This document shows positions 1-9,095 of a DNA stretch of 64,000 nucleotides, piece by piece. Position numbers and translations under genes: made by a program. Source of the stretch: Promethearchaeota archaeon (lineage in GTDB: Archaea; Asgardarchaeota; Lokiarchaeia; Sigyniarchaeales; SOKP01); NCBI GenBank assembly GCA_048941285.1, contig JBHLNS010000011.1, positions 9,250 through 73,249 on the forward strand. Direction: 5' to 3'. Numbering within the stretch: position 1 is the first letter of the stretch; each line of letters starts with the position of its first letter. Below the pieces are notes generated by a model. It saw only the letters and a list, made by a program, of their open reading frames with translations, had not been told where the DNA came from and did not search any database.

Positions 1-1
1 T

Positions 2-346
2 TATAGTTGCAAGGAAACTCATCAATTCTATTTCTGAAATATCAGCTGGTATATCAACATTTTCTGCAATTTCTCTTCCCATTTCATATCCAGTTTTTAT
101 TAATGCATGATTGACCACTTTTTGGCCTTCAATTCCAAATCTTGCTTCATTTTCTTTTAGAATGTTAATAACAGCCATAGACATAAACAAACCAAATTGA
201 AGCAATGAAGTTGGGTCAAAATCTTTTCGGTTTTGAACATTTTCTCTAAATCTTTCTAGAGCCATCTTAAATGGCTCACCAAACTTAATTTTCTTCCAAT
301 TTTCTTCTTTCCTCGGTGTTCCTTTCAGAATTCCATCTTCTCTCAA
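2..346 (-). CDS. Hypothetical protein, N-terminal part only (runs off the window's left edge); possibly V4R/ATC-hydrolase-like
   Basis: Manual translation: TTG at 346, open frame MREDGILKGTPRKEENWKKIKFGEPF...HALIKTGYEMGREIAE... to the edge; not in the ORF track. The family guess is weak. Confidence 0.7.
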   Translation of the reverse strand, partial: MREDGILKGTPRKEENWKKIKFGEPFKMALERFRENVQNRKDFDPTSLLQFGLFMSMAVINILKENEARFGIEGQKVVNHALIKTGYEMGREIAENVDIPADISEIELMSFLATI

Positions 347-472
347 TTTAAATCACTCTTGTATAAATTATATGTGAAGAATATTTATATGAAATAAAAA
401 GTAAAGAGATATATATTAAGTTTTAAAATAATTACATAACACGATAATTATAATTTAAGAATTTGATTAAAT

Positions 473-1219
473 ATGTATAAAGTAGTTCTTTTAAGACATG
501 GGGAAAGTACTTGGAATAAAGAGAACAGATTTACTGGTTGGACTGATGTGGATCTTTCAGAAAAAGGAATTCAAGAAGCGAACCAAGCCGCTAAATTATT
601 AATAGAGGGAGGATACACTTTTGATCTTGCCTATACCTCGGTATTAAAGAGAGGAATTCGGACATTATGGATTGTCTTAGATAAGATGGATTTAATGTGG
701 ATTCCTGTTTACCGATCTTGGCGTTTAAATGAAAGACACTATGGTGCCCTGCAAGGATACTCAAAATCTGAAATGGCAAAAGAAGTTGGGGAAGATCAAG
801 TACTTATCTGGAGGCGAAGTTATGACATACCCCCTCCTGCTCTTAAAACTACTGATCCAAGGTATCCTGGAAATGATTCAAAGTATGCAGATTTAAGCCC
901 CGATGAGATTCCTTTAACCGAATGCCTAAAAGATACGGTTGCACGAGTATTGCCTTATTGGCACGAGTTTATTTCTCCAATTATAAAGTCTGGTAAGAGA
1001 ATTCTAATTTCTGCCCATGGTAATAGTTTAAGAGCACTCGTGAAGTATCTTGACAATATGCCTGATACAGAAGTGGTGGATTTAAATATTCCTACAGGTG
1101 TACCTTTAATATATGAGTTAGACGATGATTTGAAACCAATTTCTCATTATTATTTAGGTGACCAAGAAGAAATTCAAAAAGCAATAGAAGTTGTTGCTAA
1201 CCAAGGAAAAGCAAGATGA
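473..1219 (+). CDS. gpmA: 2,3-bisphosphoglycerate-dependent phosphoglycerate mutase
   Basis: LLRHGES phospho-His motif, [32 protein letters not shown]. Confidence 0.97.
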   Translation: MYKVVLLRHGESTWNKENRFTGWTDVDLSEKGIQEANQAAKLLIEGGYTFDLAYTSVLKRGIRTLWIVLDKMDLMWIPVYRSWRLNERHYGALQGYSKSEMAKEVGEDQVLIWRRSYDIPPPALKTTDPRYPGNDSKYADLSPDEIPLTECLKDTVARVLPYWHEFISPIIKSGKRILISAHGNSLRALVKYLDNMPDTEVVDLNIPTGVPLIYELDDDLKPISHYYLGDQEEIQKAIEVVANQGKAR

Positions 1220-1764
1220 GATTACAGAATTCTAAAGATTTCCTTATTATATATGTTATGTTTATCTTTTTATCTATTTTTCTCATAATTCCTATACCTG
1301 CAATTAGAGCTCAATCTTATATTAGTATAAATGTCGAAACTGCTAACGATATGATAAATAATAGTAATCAATATCCAAATTTGGTTATACTTGATGTCAG
1401 AGAACAATGGGAATATAATGAAAATCACCTATGTGATAGTGTATTAATACCGCTTTCAGAAATTAATGTTAGAATTAGTGAACTTTTGCCTTACAAGGAT
1501 ATCGATATAATTGTCTATTGTAGATCTGGGAGTAGAAGTGCACAAGCAAGCCAAAATCTAGTTGATAATCATAATTTTACAAAGATATATAACATGCTGG
1601 GAGGAATAAATGCTTGGATTGTTGCTGGATACGAAGTCTGCGATGGGCAAACACAACCTAGCATTAATTTTTTGGATGAAACATTTCTACTAGTGTTTTT
1701 AGCAACAACAATCTTAATTATTTTCTTATTCATAACGAAAGGGATAGTTAAAATTCAAACATAA
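1216..1764 (+). CDS. Rhodanese-domain protein with signal peptide and C-terminal TM anchor
   Basis: ILDVRE, active-site loop [16 protein letters not shown]; hydrophobic N- and C-termini; ATGA overlap with gpmA. Confidence 0.88.
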   Translation: MRLQNSKDFLIIYVMFIFLSIFLIIPIPAIRAQSYISINVETANDMINNSNQYPNLVILDVREQWEYNENHLCDSVLIPLSEINVRISELLPYKDIDIIVYCRSGSRSAQASQNLVDNHNFTKIYNMLGGINAWIVAGYEVCDGQTQPSINFLDETFLLVFLATTILIIFLFITKGIVKIQT

Positions 1765-1793
1765 AAAAAAAGATTTTGTATTTAAGTTTAAAA

Positions 1794-2105
1794 TTATTCC
1801 CATTTCATTCCAGCCATTTTGTAAGAGTCTGAAACACCCATTAGAACTTCCACGGTCATTCGAAATTCTTCAATCTGTAATCCAAACGGAGTAAAATATT
1901 TCCAGAGTTCCATACTTGCTTGTTCTAATTTTCCTTTCTCAGTATATATTAAATGATATTGTTTCATACCATCATTTCCAGCTGGAGTGTTAAAAACTCG
2001 CCATTTTGTAACAAATGGTATATCTCGGGGTTGTTTTAGGTACATTTTGCCAACTTCCATACCTTTATGAATGGGATACCAAGTTGTGATCATCAAAACA
2101 CCCAT
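1794..2105 (-). CDS. Conserved hypothetical protein (probable ferredoxin-like/dimeric alpha+beta barrel fold), tandem paralog 1
   Basis: 72/103 aa identical to 2291..2602 by manual alignment; the fold is inferred. Confidence 0.85.
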   Translation of the reverse strand: MGVLMITTWYPIHKGMEVGKMYLKQPRDIPFVTKWRVFNTPAGNDGMKQYHLIYTEKGKLEQASMELWKYFTPFGLQIEEFRMTVEVLMGVSDSYKMAGMKWE

Positions 2106-2170
2106 TATTCATCATTACCTCAAACTTTTTATAAAATTGGATTCAGGGTGAGTATTTATCTGATACGATT

Positions 2171-2189
2171 TTATTTAAGAATTTCCATT
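2171..2189 (-). promoter_or_regulatory. BRE/TATA-like promoter block, conserved with 2667-2685
   Basis: Minus strand AATGGAAATTCTTAAATAA vs AATGGAAATTGTTAAATAA, about 65 nt upstream of each paralog. Confidence 0.65.
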
Positions 2190-2290
2190 TTTGTAGGCAT
2201 TTTATTACCTAAGATCCAATCTTGATCTATAATAGAAAGCTTGAGATTGAAAAGTTAAAAAAAAAAAGGTTATTTAATTAATAATTTAAA

Positions 2291-2602
2291 TTATTCCCAT
2301 TTCATACCTACCATTTTATAGGAATCTGAAACTCCAACTAGAGATTCTATTTTCATATAATATCCCTCGACTTGGCTTACAAAAGGAAAAAAATATTTAT
2401 AGACAGCCATTGATGCCTCTTCTAACTTTCCTCTTTCCGTATAAATTAAGTGATATTGCTTCATGCCATCCTTCCCATCAGTAGTATTAAAAACACGCCA
2501 TTTAGTAACATTGGGGATTTCTCTTGGCTGTTTTAAAATCATTTTCGCAACATCAATAGTTTTATTGGGTGGATACCAAGTCGTTATTAGTAATATGCCC
2601 AT
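2291..2602 (-). CDS. Conserved hypothetical protein, tandem paralog 2
   Basis: Paralog of 1794..2105. Confidence 0.85.
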   Translation of the reverse strand: MGILLITTWYPPNKTIDVAKMILKQPREIPNVTKWRVFNTTDGKDGMKQYHLIYTERGKLEEASMAVYKYFFPFVSQVEGYYMKIESLVGVSDSYKMVGMKWE

Positions 2603-2760
2603 ATATTATCATAACCTTCTAATTTTTTAAAATTGGATTTACGGCATAGACATATTTATTACAATATTATTTAACAATTTCCATTAATGTAAATTTTTTT
2701 TCGACAAAGAATAAATGTATTAAAGCAATTGTTTTATAATAGAATGAGAGGTTTTCTATA

Positions 2761-3552
2761 ATGGTGAAAAAATCGTTTATTGATCATCCAAGTGTATCTA
2801 GTATAGTGTTCTATCCCCGAAAAAGCTCTATACCAACAATGCTAAGTCCGAACATTAAAGTTTTAAGGTTTAAAATAAGTAAAAAAATCGTGTTGGGAGG
2901 ATTTTTCTATTTAAATGACTCCAATTTGCCAACAATTTTATTATTCCATGGAAATGGCGAAATCGCCGCTGATTATCAATATTTTCTTGATTTCTTTTTT
3001 GATTGTGGAGTAAATTTAGCTGTAGTAGACTTTAGAGGATATGGATTTAGCACTGGAACACCTATATATAGTAGTCTGATTTCTGATGCAATACCCATTT
3101 ATAATGAATTTTATAATTGGATTAATCAAAATGGAATTAAAGATTCTCTTTTTGTTTTAGGACGATCTTTAGGAAGTGCATGTGCCTCTGAAATAGGAGC
3201 TCATAATCCAGATAATTTACGAGGAATAATATTTGAAAGTGGATTTGCTAGTATGTATAATATGATGACAAGGTTATTTAGAGTGAGTGGTCCTGATGTT
3301 ACTCCTGAAGGTTTGAGTGAATATTCAAATGATACAAGAATCAGGAAATTTCAAAAGCCTGTTTTAATTATCCATGGCACAGAAGATTGGATTATACCTT
3401 TTGATGAAGGAAAACTAATTTATGAAAATATTCCTGAAGGTGTGGAAAAAAAATTAGTTCTAATCGACGGAGCTGGCCATAATAATATTTTTTCTTTTAA
3501 GGAAGAGTATACTACCCCTTTGAAAGAATTTATTCAAAAAAATAAACTCTAA
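2761..3552 (+). CDS. Alpha/beta hydrolase (ABHD13/ABHD17/BEM46-like)
   Basis: FHGNGE, DFRGYG, GRSLG nucleophile elbow, IIHGTED, GAGHNN. Confidence 0.9.
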   Translation: MVKKSFIDHPSVSSIVFYPRKSSIPTMLSPNIKVLRFKISKKIVLGGFFYLNDSNLPTILLFHGNGEIAADYQYFLDFFFDCGVNLAVVDFRGYGFSTGTPIYSSLISDAIPIYNEFYNWINQNGIKDSLFVLGRSLGSACASEIGAHNPDNLRGIIFESGFASMYNMMTRLFRVSGPDVTPEGLSEYSNDTRIRKFQKPVLIIHGTEDWIIPFDEGKLIYENIPEGVEKKLVLIDGAGHNNIFSFKEEYTTPLKEFIQKNKL

Positions 3553-3658
3553 CTAATTTTCATTTTCTTATCAAAAATTGGACTAAATATCATTTTATAA
3601 TCATCTATTCTCTTATTTAATTGAAAATAATATTAGTTATATTATTAGTGATAAATTC

Positions 3659-3976
3659 TTGTCTGAAAAAGTCTATAATTTTTGTCCTTATTGTGGAAGA
3701 AAGTTACCCAGATCTGAAAACTTCAAATCATATTACTGCTGTTTTTGTGGAAAAAATTTTCAGTTAAAGCAAGAAAATTTGATGAAAAAAGTTCAATGTA
3801 CAATTTGTCACAAAATGGTTGATCCCAATAGGCATAAAACCATTGGTTGTTCTTATTGTGGAAGTTTGTATCATTCTACATGTGTATCCCCTTGGTTATT
3901 AAAATATAATGCTTGTCCAATGTGCCAAAATGTATTTCTCTTCCCTAGTAAGATTATCTCCATTAGAAAAGAGTAA
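3659..3976 (+). CDS. Zinc-ribbon + RING (C4HC3, RING-CH-like) finger protein
   Basis: CPYCG...CCFCG ribbon; CTIC-x13-CSYC-x4-H-x2-C-xxx-W...CPMC. Confidence 0.8.
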   Translation: MSEKVYNFCPYCGRKLPRSENFKSYYCCFCGKNFQLKQENLMKKVQCTICHKMVDPNRHKTIGCSYCGSLYHSTCVSPWLLKYNACPMCQNVFLFPSKIISIRKE

Positions 3977-4001
3977 AAAAATAGAAAAGAATTTAATTAA
4001 A

Positions 4002-4628
4002 TTATTTTCTTAAGATAAAAACTCCTGTTTCTACAAACCAGAATAAGTTAGCAAAAAGAAATAACCATTCTGAAATAGCTTTAGCTTCAATAAGTAAGGT
4101 TGGCTCTATTCTATTCACTATGAATAATATTAGGTATAAAATGAAAAAGAAGGCTACAATTATATTCAATAAAGCTTGCCATAGTGGGAAATCTGATGAT
4201 TTATATTCAATATAAGCATAACCAAATAAATATATAATTCCGGGAAAGAAAAAGACATACTGCGCTAGTGTATGCATAACATAAAAATCTCTAACGTTAA
4301 ATAATGCTATTAAAAAAAGACCTATCGCAGAAATCAGTCCTAAAACACAAGCAATTCCAGTACTCCTATTTGAAGCGCCTTTTTCTCGTAAATATTGAGT
4401 AAAACCTATTATAAAAAGTATCATAAATGCACCAGTGGTGACCCAACAAATAATAAAAAAGATGGCTAGCGCATTATCTCCAGGAACAGCTAAATCACTA
4501 ATAAAAATGTCAACGAAATTGAAGCCAGGATGAACTATCATAGCCGGGATTGCACCTATAAGAAAAATTATTACTCCAACTATACCAAAATAAATAAAAA
4601 TCTTTGTCATTTTTTCCATGATTATCAT
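4002..4628 (-). CDS. Multi-pass membrane protein (DUF998/Frag1-DRAM-like)
   Basis: About six TM segments, FISDLA motif, conserved His (MHT), C-terminal SEW. Confidence 0.7.
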   Translation of the reverse strand: MIIMEKMTKIFIYFGIVGVIIFLIGAIPAMIVHPGFNFVDIFISDLAVPGDNALAIFFIICWVTTGAFMILFIIGFTQYLREKGASNRSTGIACVLGLISAIGLFLIALFNVRDFYVMHTLAQYVFFFPGIIYLFGYAYIEYKSSDFPLWQALLNIIVAFFFILYLILFIVNRIEPTLLIEAKAISEWLFLFANLFWFVETGVFILRK

Positions 4629-4715
4629 TCTGATCTTTGTATTATTTATTAAAGATATATAGATCAGAAGTATTATTTATACTTAGTAGAATAACAAAGA
4701 TTGTTTATGGATTAA

Positions 4716-4934
4716 TTATTCGAATAAAAATTCAGATATTAAAATTTGCTGAAACATTGAATGTTTTTCTTTGAATGATATATTTTCTCTCCCAGAATAT
4801 ATATCTGGAGGATTTTTTTTTCTAAAGATGATTGAGAAGGGTATGATTAAATTTGAAATGTTCAAAAAATCATCTGATTCATCTGATTTATCCTTATCAA
4901 CTTGAATCTTTTTATTTAATACCTCTAAACCCAC
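4716..4934 (-). CDS. Small 'PDIYSG' family protein, copy 1
   Basis: Homologous to frames at 5034-5236 and 10951-11163 with synonymous codon differences. Confidence 0.65.
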   Translation of the reverse strand: MGLEVLNKKIQVDKDKSDESDDFLNISNLIIPFSIIFRKKNPPDIYSGRENISFKEKHSMFQQILISEFLFE

Positions 4935-5033
4935 TTGTTATCTCACATCGATTTCTTATTAATATTTCAATAAAAACCCATTCCTTTAAATTGAAAGACC
5001 CGAAAAATTTAGTGATAATATATATATCAAGAT

Positions 5034-5236
5034 TTATTCAATTAGGAATTCTTGTTTTAAAATATTTTTAAATTTAGAATTAGCTTCACTTAATGAATTT
5101 TCTTTTTCAAGTGAATAAATATCAACGGGGAAATTCTCATCACATATTTTTGCAACAAAGAATATCAAATTAGATATATTATTAAAGAATGCCCAACCAT
5201 GCTTCCATAAAAAATTCTTTAAAGAACTCGCTCCAC
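5034..5236 (-). pseudogene. Diverged 'PDIYSG' family copy 2 with no ATG/GTG start; pseudogene or non-canonical start (5' end approximate)
   Basis: Manual translation ...NNISNLIFFVAKICDENFPVDIYSLEKENSLSEANSKFKNILKQEFLIE*. Confidence 0.5.
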
Positions 5237-5527
5237 CTTAAAACATACTGGACGAAGACCGTCAGGGCAAGCAGTATATATCATATCTTTACCCGTCCAA
5301 TCTTTAAATCCCCCTCCACATCTTAAAACTTGGATGCTATTATATAAACCAAACCAAGCATGGTGGCAAAATCCTTCAGGCATGTTTCCAGATTCGTCAA
5401 CTATGAATTCAAGACCTTCTTTCATACCGCATTTTGTGATAGGTTTTCCATCTGGTTTAATAAATTTGTTTCCAAGCACGTCTTCGGGACTGAATTGCTT
5501 TACAACTGTAAGTTTTACTTTATCCAA
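5219..5527 (-). CDS. TIGR04076-type protein, tandem copy 1
   Basis: K(L/I)TV.K.F.P.DV...C...G.EF...P..FC..AW...C.DG.RPV.FK.ER signature. Confidence 0.85.
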   Translation of the reverse strand: MDKVKLTVVKQFSPEDVLGNKFIKPDGKPITKCGMKEGLEFIVDESGNMPEGFCHHAWFGLYNSIQVLRCGGGFKDWTGKDMIYTACPDGLRPVCFKVERVL

Positions 5528-5554
5528 TTTAATTCATCTTAATTCTTAATAAAT

Positions 5555-5857
5555 TCATATTCTTTCCATTTTAAAGCATACAGGTTTCATTCCATCCGTA
5601 CAACATGTATAAATCACTCCGGGTTCAGTATGATTAAAATTGCCACCGAAACGTAAAACTGCGACATCTTTATAAACATCACGCCATGCCCAATCGCAAA
5701 AATTAGTGGGTTTACATCCATTCTCTACAATAAATTCGTCTCCTACATTAAAACTTTGACATTCACGTGCAATATTTCCTGATGGATACTTTATATCTTT
5801 ATCAAAAACATCGCGAGGATGGAATTTCTTAATAACTGTAATTTTTACGTTTGTCAA
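5555..5857 (-). CDS. TIGR04076-type protein, tandem copy 2
   Basis: FCDWAW...CCTDGMKPVCFKMERI. Confidence 0.85.
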   Translation of the reverse strand: MTNVKITVIKKFHPRDVFDKDIKYPSGNIARECQSFNVGDEFIVENGCKPTNFCDWAWRDVYKDVAVLRFGGNFNHTEPGVIYTCCTDGMKPVCFKMERI

Positions 5858-5866
5858 GATTTTTCC

Positions 5867-6175
5867 TTATTCCTCAATTCTTTCTAACTTGAAACAGACA
5901 GGTCTCACTCCATCAGTACAGGCTTTATAACTTACGCCATTCTCAGCCCAATCCTTGAAATTACCACCAAAGCGTAATACATGCATACTACGAGCAATAT
6001 CTATCCATGCACCACTACAAAAATCCTCCGGCATTGCTCCACCCTCAACTATCCATTCTTGACCTTCTTTCAAAGGACATTTTTCTACTATTCTTCCACT
6101 AGGAGTCTTATATTGATGTCCGAAAACATCTTCGGGACTAAACCGCTTTATAACTGTTATTTTTATTTTTGTCAT
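5867..6175 (-). CDS. TIGR04076-type protein, tandem copy 3
   Basis: FCSGAW...ACTDGVRPVCFKLERI. Confidence 0.85.
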   Translation of the reverse strand: MTKIKITVIKRFSPEDVFGHQYKTPSGRIVEKCPLKEGQEWIVEGGAMPEDFCSGAWIDIARSMHVLRFGGNFKDWAENGVSYKACTDGVRPVCFKLERIEE

Positions 6176-6372
6176 TTTAAACCATTTCTTTTACAATTAT
6201 TGTTATTTCAAATTTGAAATTAAAGCTAGGATGAATTTCCTATAAATTAAATAAGATAATGAACTTTGAGAATTTATAGTTTAAATCGTTGGAGTTCAAT
6301 AGAACTAAGAATAAAATGCGAACTTTACGTAAGATAACTAAAAAATAAAAAAAAATTGAATTAAGGTTTAAA

Positions 6373-7761
6373 TTAATCTCTTTTTACAAAAGATATAATT
6401 AATATTCCGATTCCCATTATGATTCCAACAGATATCATAGCCCAACCATATGCAGCTTTACCAATAAAATCATAAGTTAACATCACAGTACCCCAAATAA
6501 ACGGACCTAATGCTGAAGAAAGTTTTCCACTTAATTTAGAAAAGCCAAAAAACTCTCCAAATTTTTCTTTAGGAGCAAGTTCTACAACCATGATTCGCTG
6601 TGCAACCCACGTTCCTCCTAAAGCTGGACCTGCAACAATTCCCATTAAAAGACTAAGTATAAAAGGGAGATTCAAACCAATATCAATATATGGAGTAGCA
6701 AATACTAACACAATACCCATTGTTAATGCAATACCCCACAACGCACCTACGAGGAAAAATGTATTTCTGGCACCATATTTATCACCAAATTTTCCTACGA
6801 AATAAGTACACGCAACTGCGGACATCGTAGCTATTATTATAAAAAGAATAGCAAATAAGGTTGAACCCCCTCCTATTATTAAGCCATCAGTAACTATTGG
6901 TGTCATATAAAGGACTATTACATTAGCAATATCGGCAACGAAAAAGTAACCGATAATAAAGATAAACAGTGCTCTATGTTTTCTTATCTCTTTAAATGTA
7001 CTTCCTAATTGCTTAAATGTATTTTTGATTAACGTGCCTATAGATGGTCTCTTACCCTTTTTCTGTTTTTCACGAACATAAATGAATGGAATTGCACATA
7101 CTAAGAAGAGAAGCATAGGAACAACAAAAGTAAACCAATATCCTGTGTATCCATAATCTGGTGTAGGTGGAACTGAAACGGTATCACCTAATAATAATAT
7201 GAGAGGATACATAATAACCAGAGCTAGAATCGTTCCAAGATAACCCCAAGCAACACCAAATCCAGCGACTTTTCCAATATCATCTCTTTTAGCTATAAAT
7301 GGAAGCATAGCATCATAAAAAGTCAAACTAAATTGATATGCAACATTTGCAATTACGTAAAATATCAAAACTGTTGAAAGATCGTGGAAGAATCCAAGCA
7401 AACTTGCAAAAAGAAGGATAATGCCTGTTAAACTTATAACAAAAGGTTTACGCTTTCCGACGTTATCACTCAACGCTCCTAATATAGGTACACAAATTGC
7501 CACACCTAACTGCATTAAAAAACTAACCACACCATAGAGAAAGCTTACGCTTCCATAAGACATTGAATTTTCTAATTGGCCAATCACAAGAACATATCGA
7601 CCAATAATTAAACTTACGATAACCATAGAGTAAATCGTGTTGGCTAGGTCATACATCGCCCAAAAGAATACATTTCTTCTAGACGTTGTAGTTTCGTATT
7701 CTATCTCTTCACTACCAAGAATTTCTGAAGGTGTTTTTACATCATTTTCTTTTTTTGACAT
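6373..7761 (-). CDS. MFS transporter, UMF1/Atg22-like family
   Basis: WAMYDLANT, LGALSDNVGKRK, FYDAMLP, GEFFGF; about 12 TM. Confidence 0.88.
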   Translation of the reverse strand: MSKKENDVKTPSEILGSEEIEYETTTSRRNVFFWAMYDLANTIYSMVIVSLIIGRYVLVIGQLENSMSYGSVSFLYGVVSFLMQLGVAICVPILGALSDNVGKRKPFVISLTGIILLFASLLGFFHDLSTVLIFYVIANVAYQFSLTFYDAMLPFIAKRDDIGKVAGFGVAWGYLGTILALVIMYPLILLLGDTVSVPPTPDYGYTGYWFTFVVPMLLFLVCAIPFIYVREKQKKGKRPSIGTLIKNTFKQLGSTFKEIRKHRALFIFIIGYFFVADIANVIVLYMTPIVTDGLIIGGGSTLFAILFIIIATMSAVACTYFVGKFGDKYGARNTFFLVGALWGIALTMGIVLVFATPYIDIGLNLPFILSLLMGIVAGPALGGTWVAQRIMVVELAPKEKFGEFFGFSKLSGKLSSALGPFIWGTVMLTYDFIGKAAYGWAMISVGIIMGIGILIISFVKRD

Positions 7762-8088
7762 ATTAATCGCTTCTTATTAGATTTATTTTATGAATATTAG
7801 TGAAATTTCATTTTCTTAAAAATTTTATGTTAAGTATTCGAATTTTTTATTCTCTATTTGGTTATTTGAGGCGGATACCAGAGGTTAAAATTGCTAATTC
7901 TCTCCTTAAATTCATTTTTAATTCAAAATTTCTGACTATATTAAAATATTTCAAAACATCTTGGTATCAAAACGTTATTTTTTTTCTAGCATAAAATATT
8001 TAAGCTCAGATGTAATTAGAAATTAGCGTGAGAATATTTGGTAAAACTTACATATTCAATATAAGATACTTACAAAAAGAATATCACC

Positions 8089-8946
8089 ATGCTTGAATAT
8101 GACCATTTAGGTCAGTTAAATAGAAGTTTAGGCAAATATTTAATAATCACTTTTGGATTCTCATGGTTATTATGGTTACCCAGTTTACTTTCTTCATTCC
8201 TTCTAATTCCACATCTTCCATTGTATAATCTTTTATTAGTTATTGGTTCATTTGGGCCATTTATAGCGGCATTTTCATTAACTCTTAAAGAAGGTGGCAT
8301 TGAAGGCGTTAAGTCATTGTGGAAAAAAGGGTGGCACTGTGATAATAAAATCTTTTTAGTACTTTCTTTAACTATAATCCCAGTATTATGTATTTTGTCT
8401 CTGCTTATAGCAAATATTTTTGAGGGAGAAGCTTTTATTAACTACATAAATCTTTATCGTTATGGATATATCTTCACTGAAATTTTTGTAATTTTATTTT
8501 TTAGCGGTCCATTCCAAGAAGAATTTGGCTGGAGGGGTTATGCACTTTACTATCTTCAATCCAAGTTGAATGCTTTTGAATCCAGTTTGGTTTTGGGCGG
8601 AATTTGTAGTGTATGGCATTACCCACTATTTTTTATTAATATTACAGCTTATTATAGACAAAATTTCTATAGTTTTACAATTTTTTTACTTGCTTTATCT
8701 ATAATTTTTACTTGGCTTAATAACAATACAAATGGAAGTATTTTAGTGGCATTACTTTTTCATACATCAATAAATGCAAGTTATTCGTTATTTCTTCAAA
8801 ATATCACGCGGTTAGGTAGCATAAATTTTATAATTCTTTTAGATATTTTTATGGTTGTGATATTGTTTACTTTTGGCCAAGAAAAGTTAAAACGGACTAA
8901 TATTAAAAGAAAAATTTCTATAAAACTCTCTAAAAAGACGCTTTAA
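8089..8946 (+). CDS. CPBP (CAAX/Abi) intramembrane metalloprotease
   Basis: EEFGWRG, WHYP, LFHTSIN motifs. Confidence 0.9.
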   Translation: MLEYDHLGQLNRSLGKYLIITFGFSWLLWLPSLLSSFLLIPHLPLYNLLLVIGSFGPFIAAFSLTLKEGGIEGVKSLWKKGWHCDNKIFLVLSLTIIPVLCILSLLIANIFEGEAFINYINLYRYGYIFTEIFVILFFSGPFQEEFGWRGYALYYLQSKLNAFESSLVLGGICSVWHYPLFFINITAYYRQNFYSFTIFLLALSIIFTWLNNNTNGSILVALLFHTSINASYSLFLQNITRLGSINFIILLDIFMVVILFTFGQEKLKRTNIKRKISIKLSKKTL

Positions 8947-9095
8947 CTTTATTTATTTTTTATTTTAAAAAAATATTTTTGGTTCTTTAATTAAATAGGA
9001 TGAATTATCATCCCTACAATAGTGTAAACATTAAATAAGAAAATGAGATTTTTAATTATTAATTACAATAATAATTTTCGAGATCCAAACTAGGA

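Noticed and set aside
4853-5071. 72-aa ORF on the + strand
   Set aside because: Overlaps two minus-strand PDIYSG frames that have homology support.
7800-7994. 64-aa ORF in a divergent intergenic region
   Set aside because: F/K/L/I-biased composition typical of AT-rich non-coding DNA.
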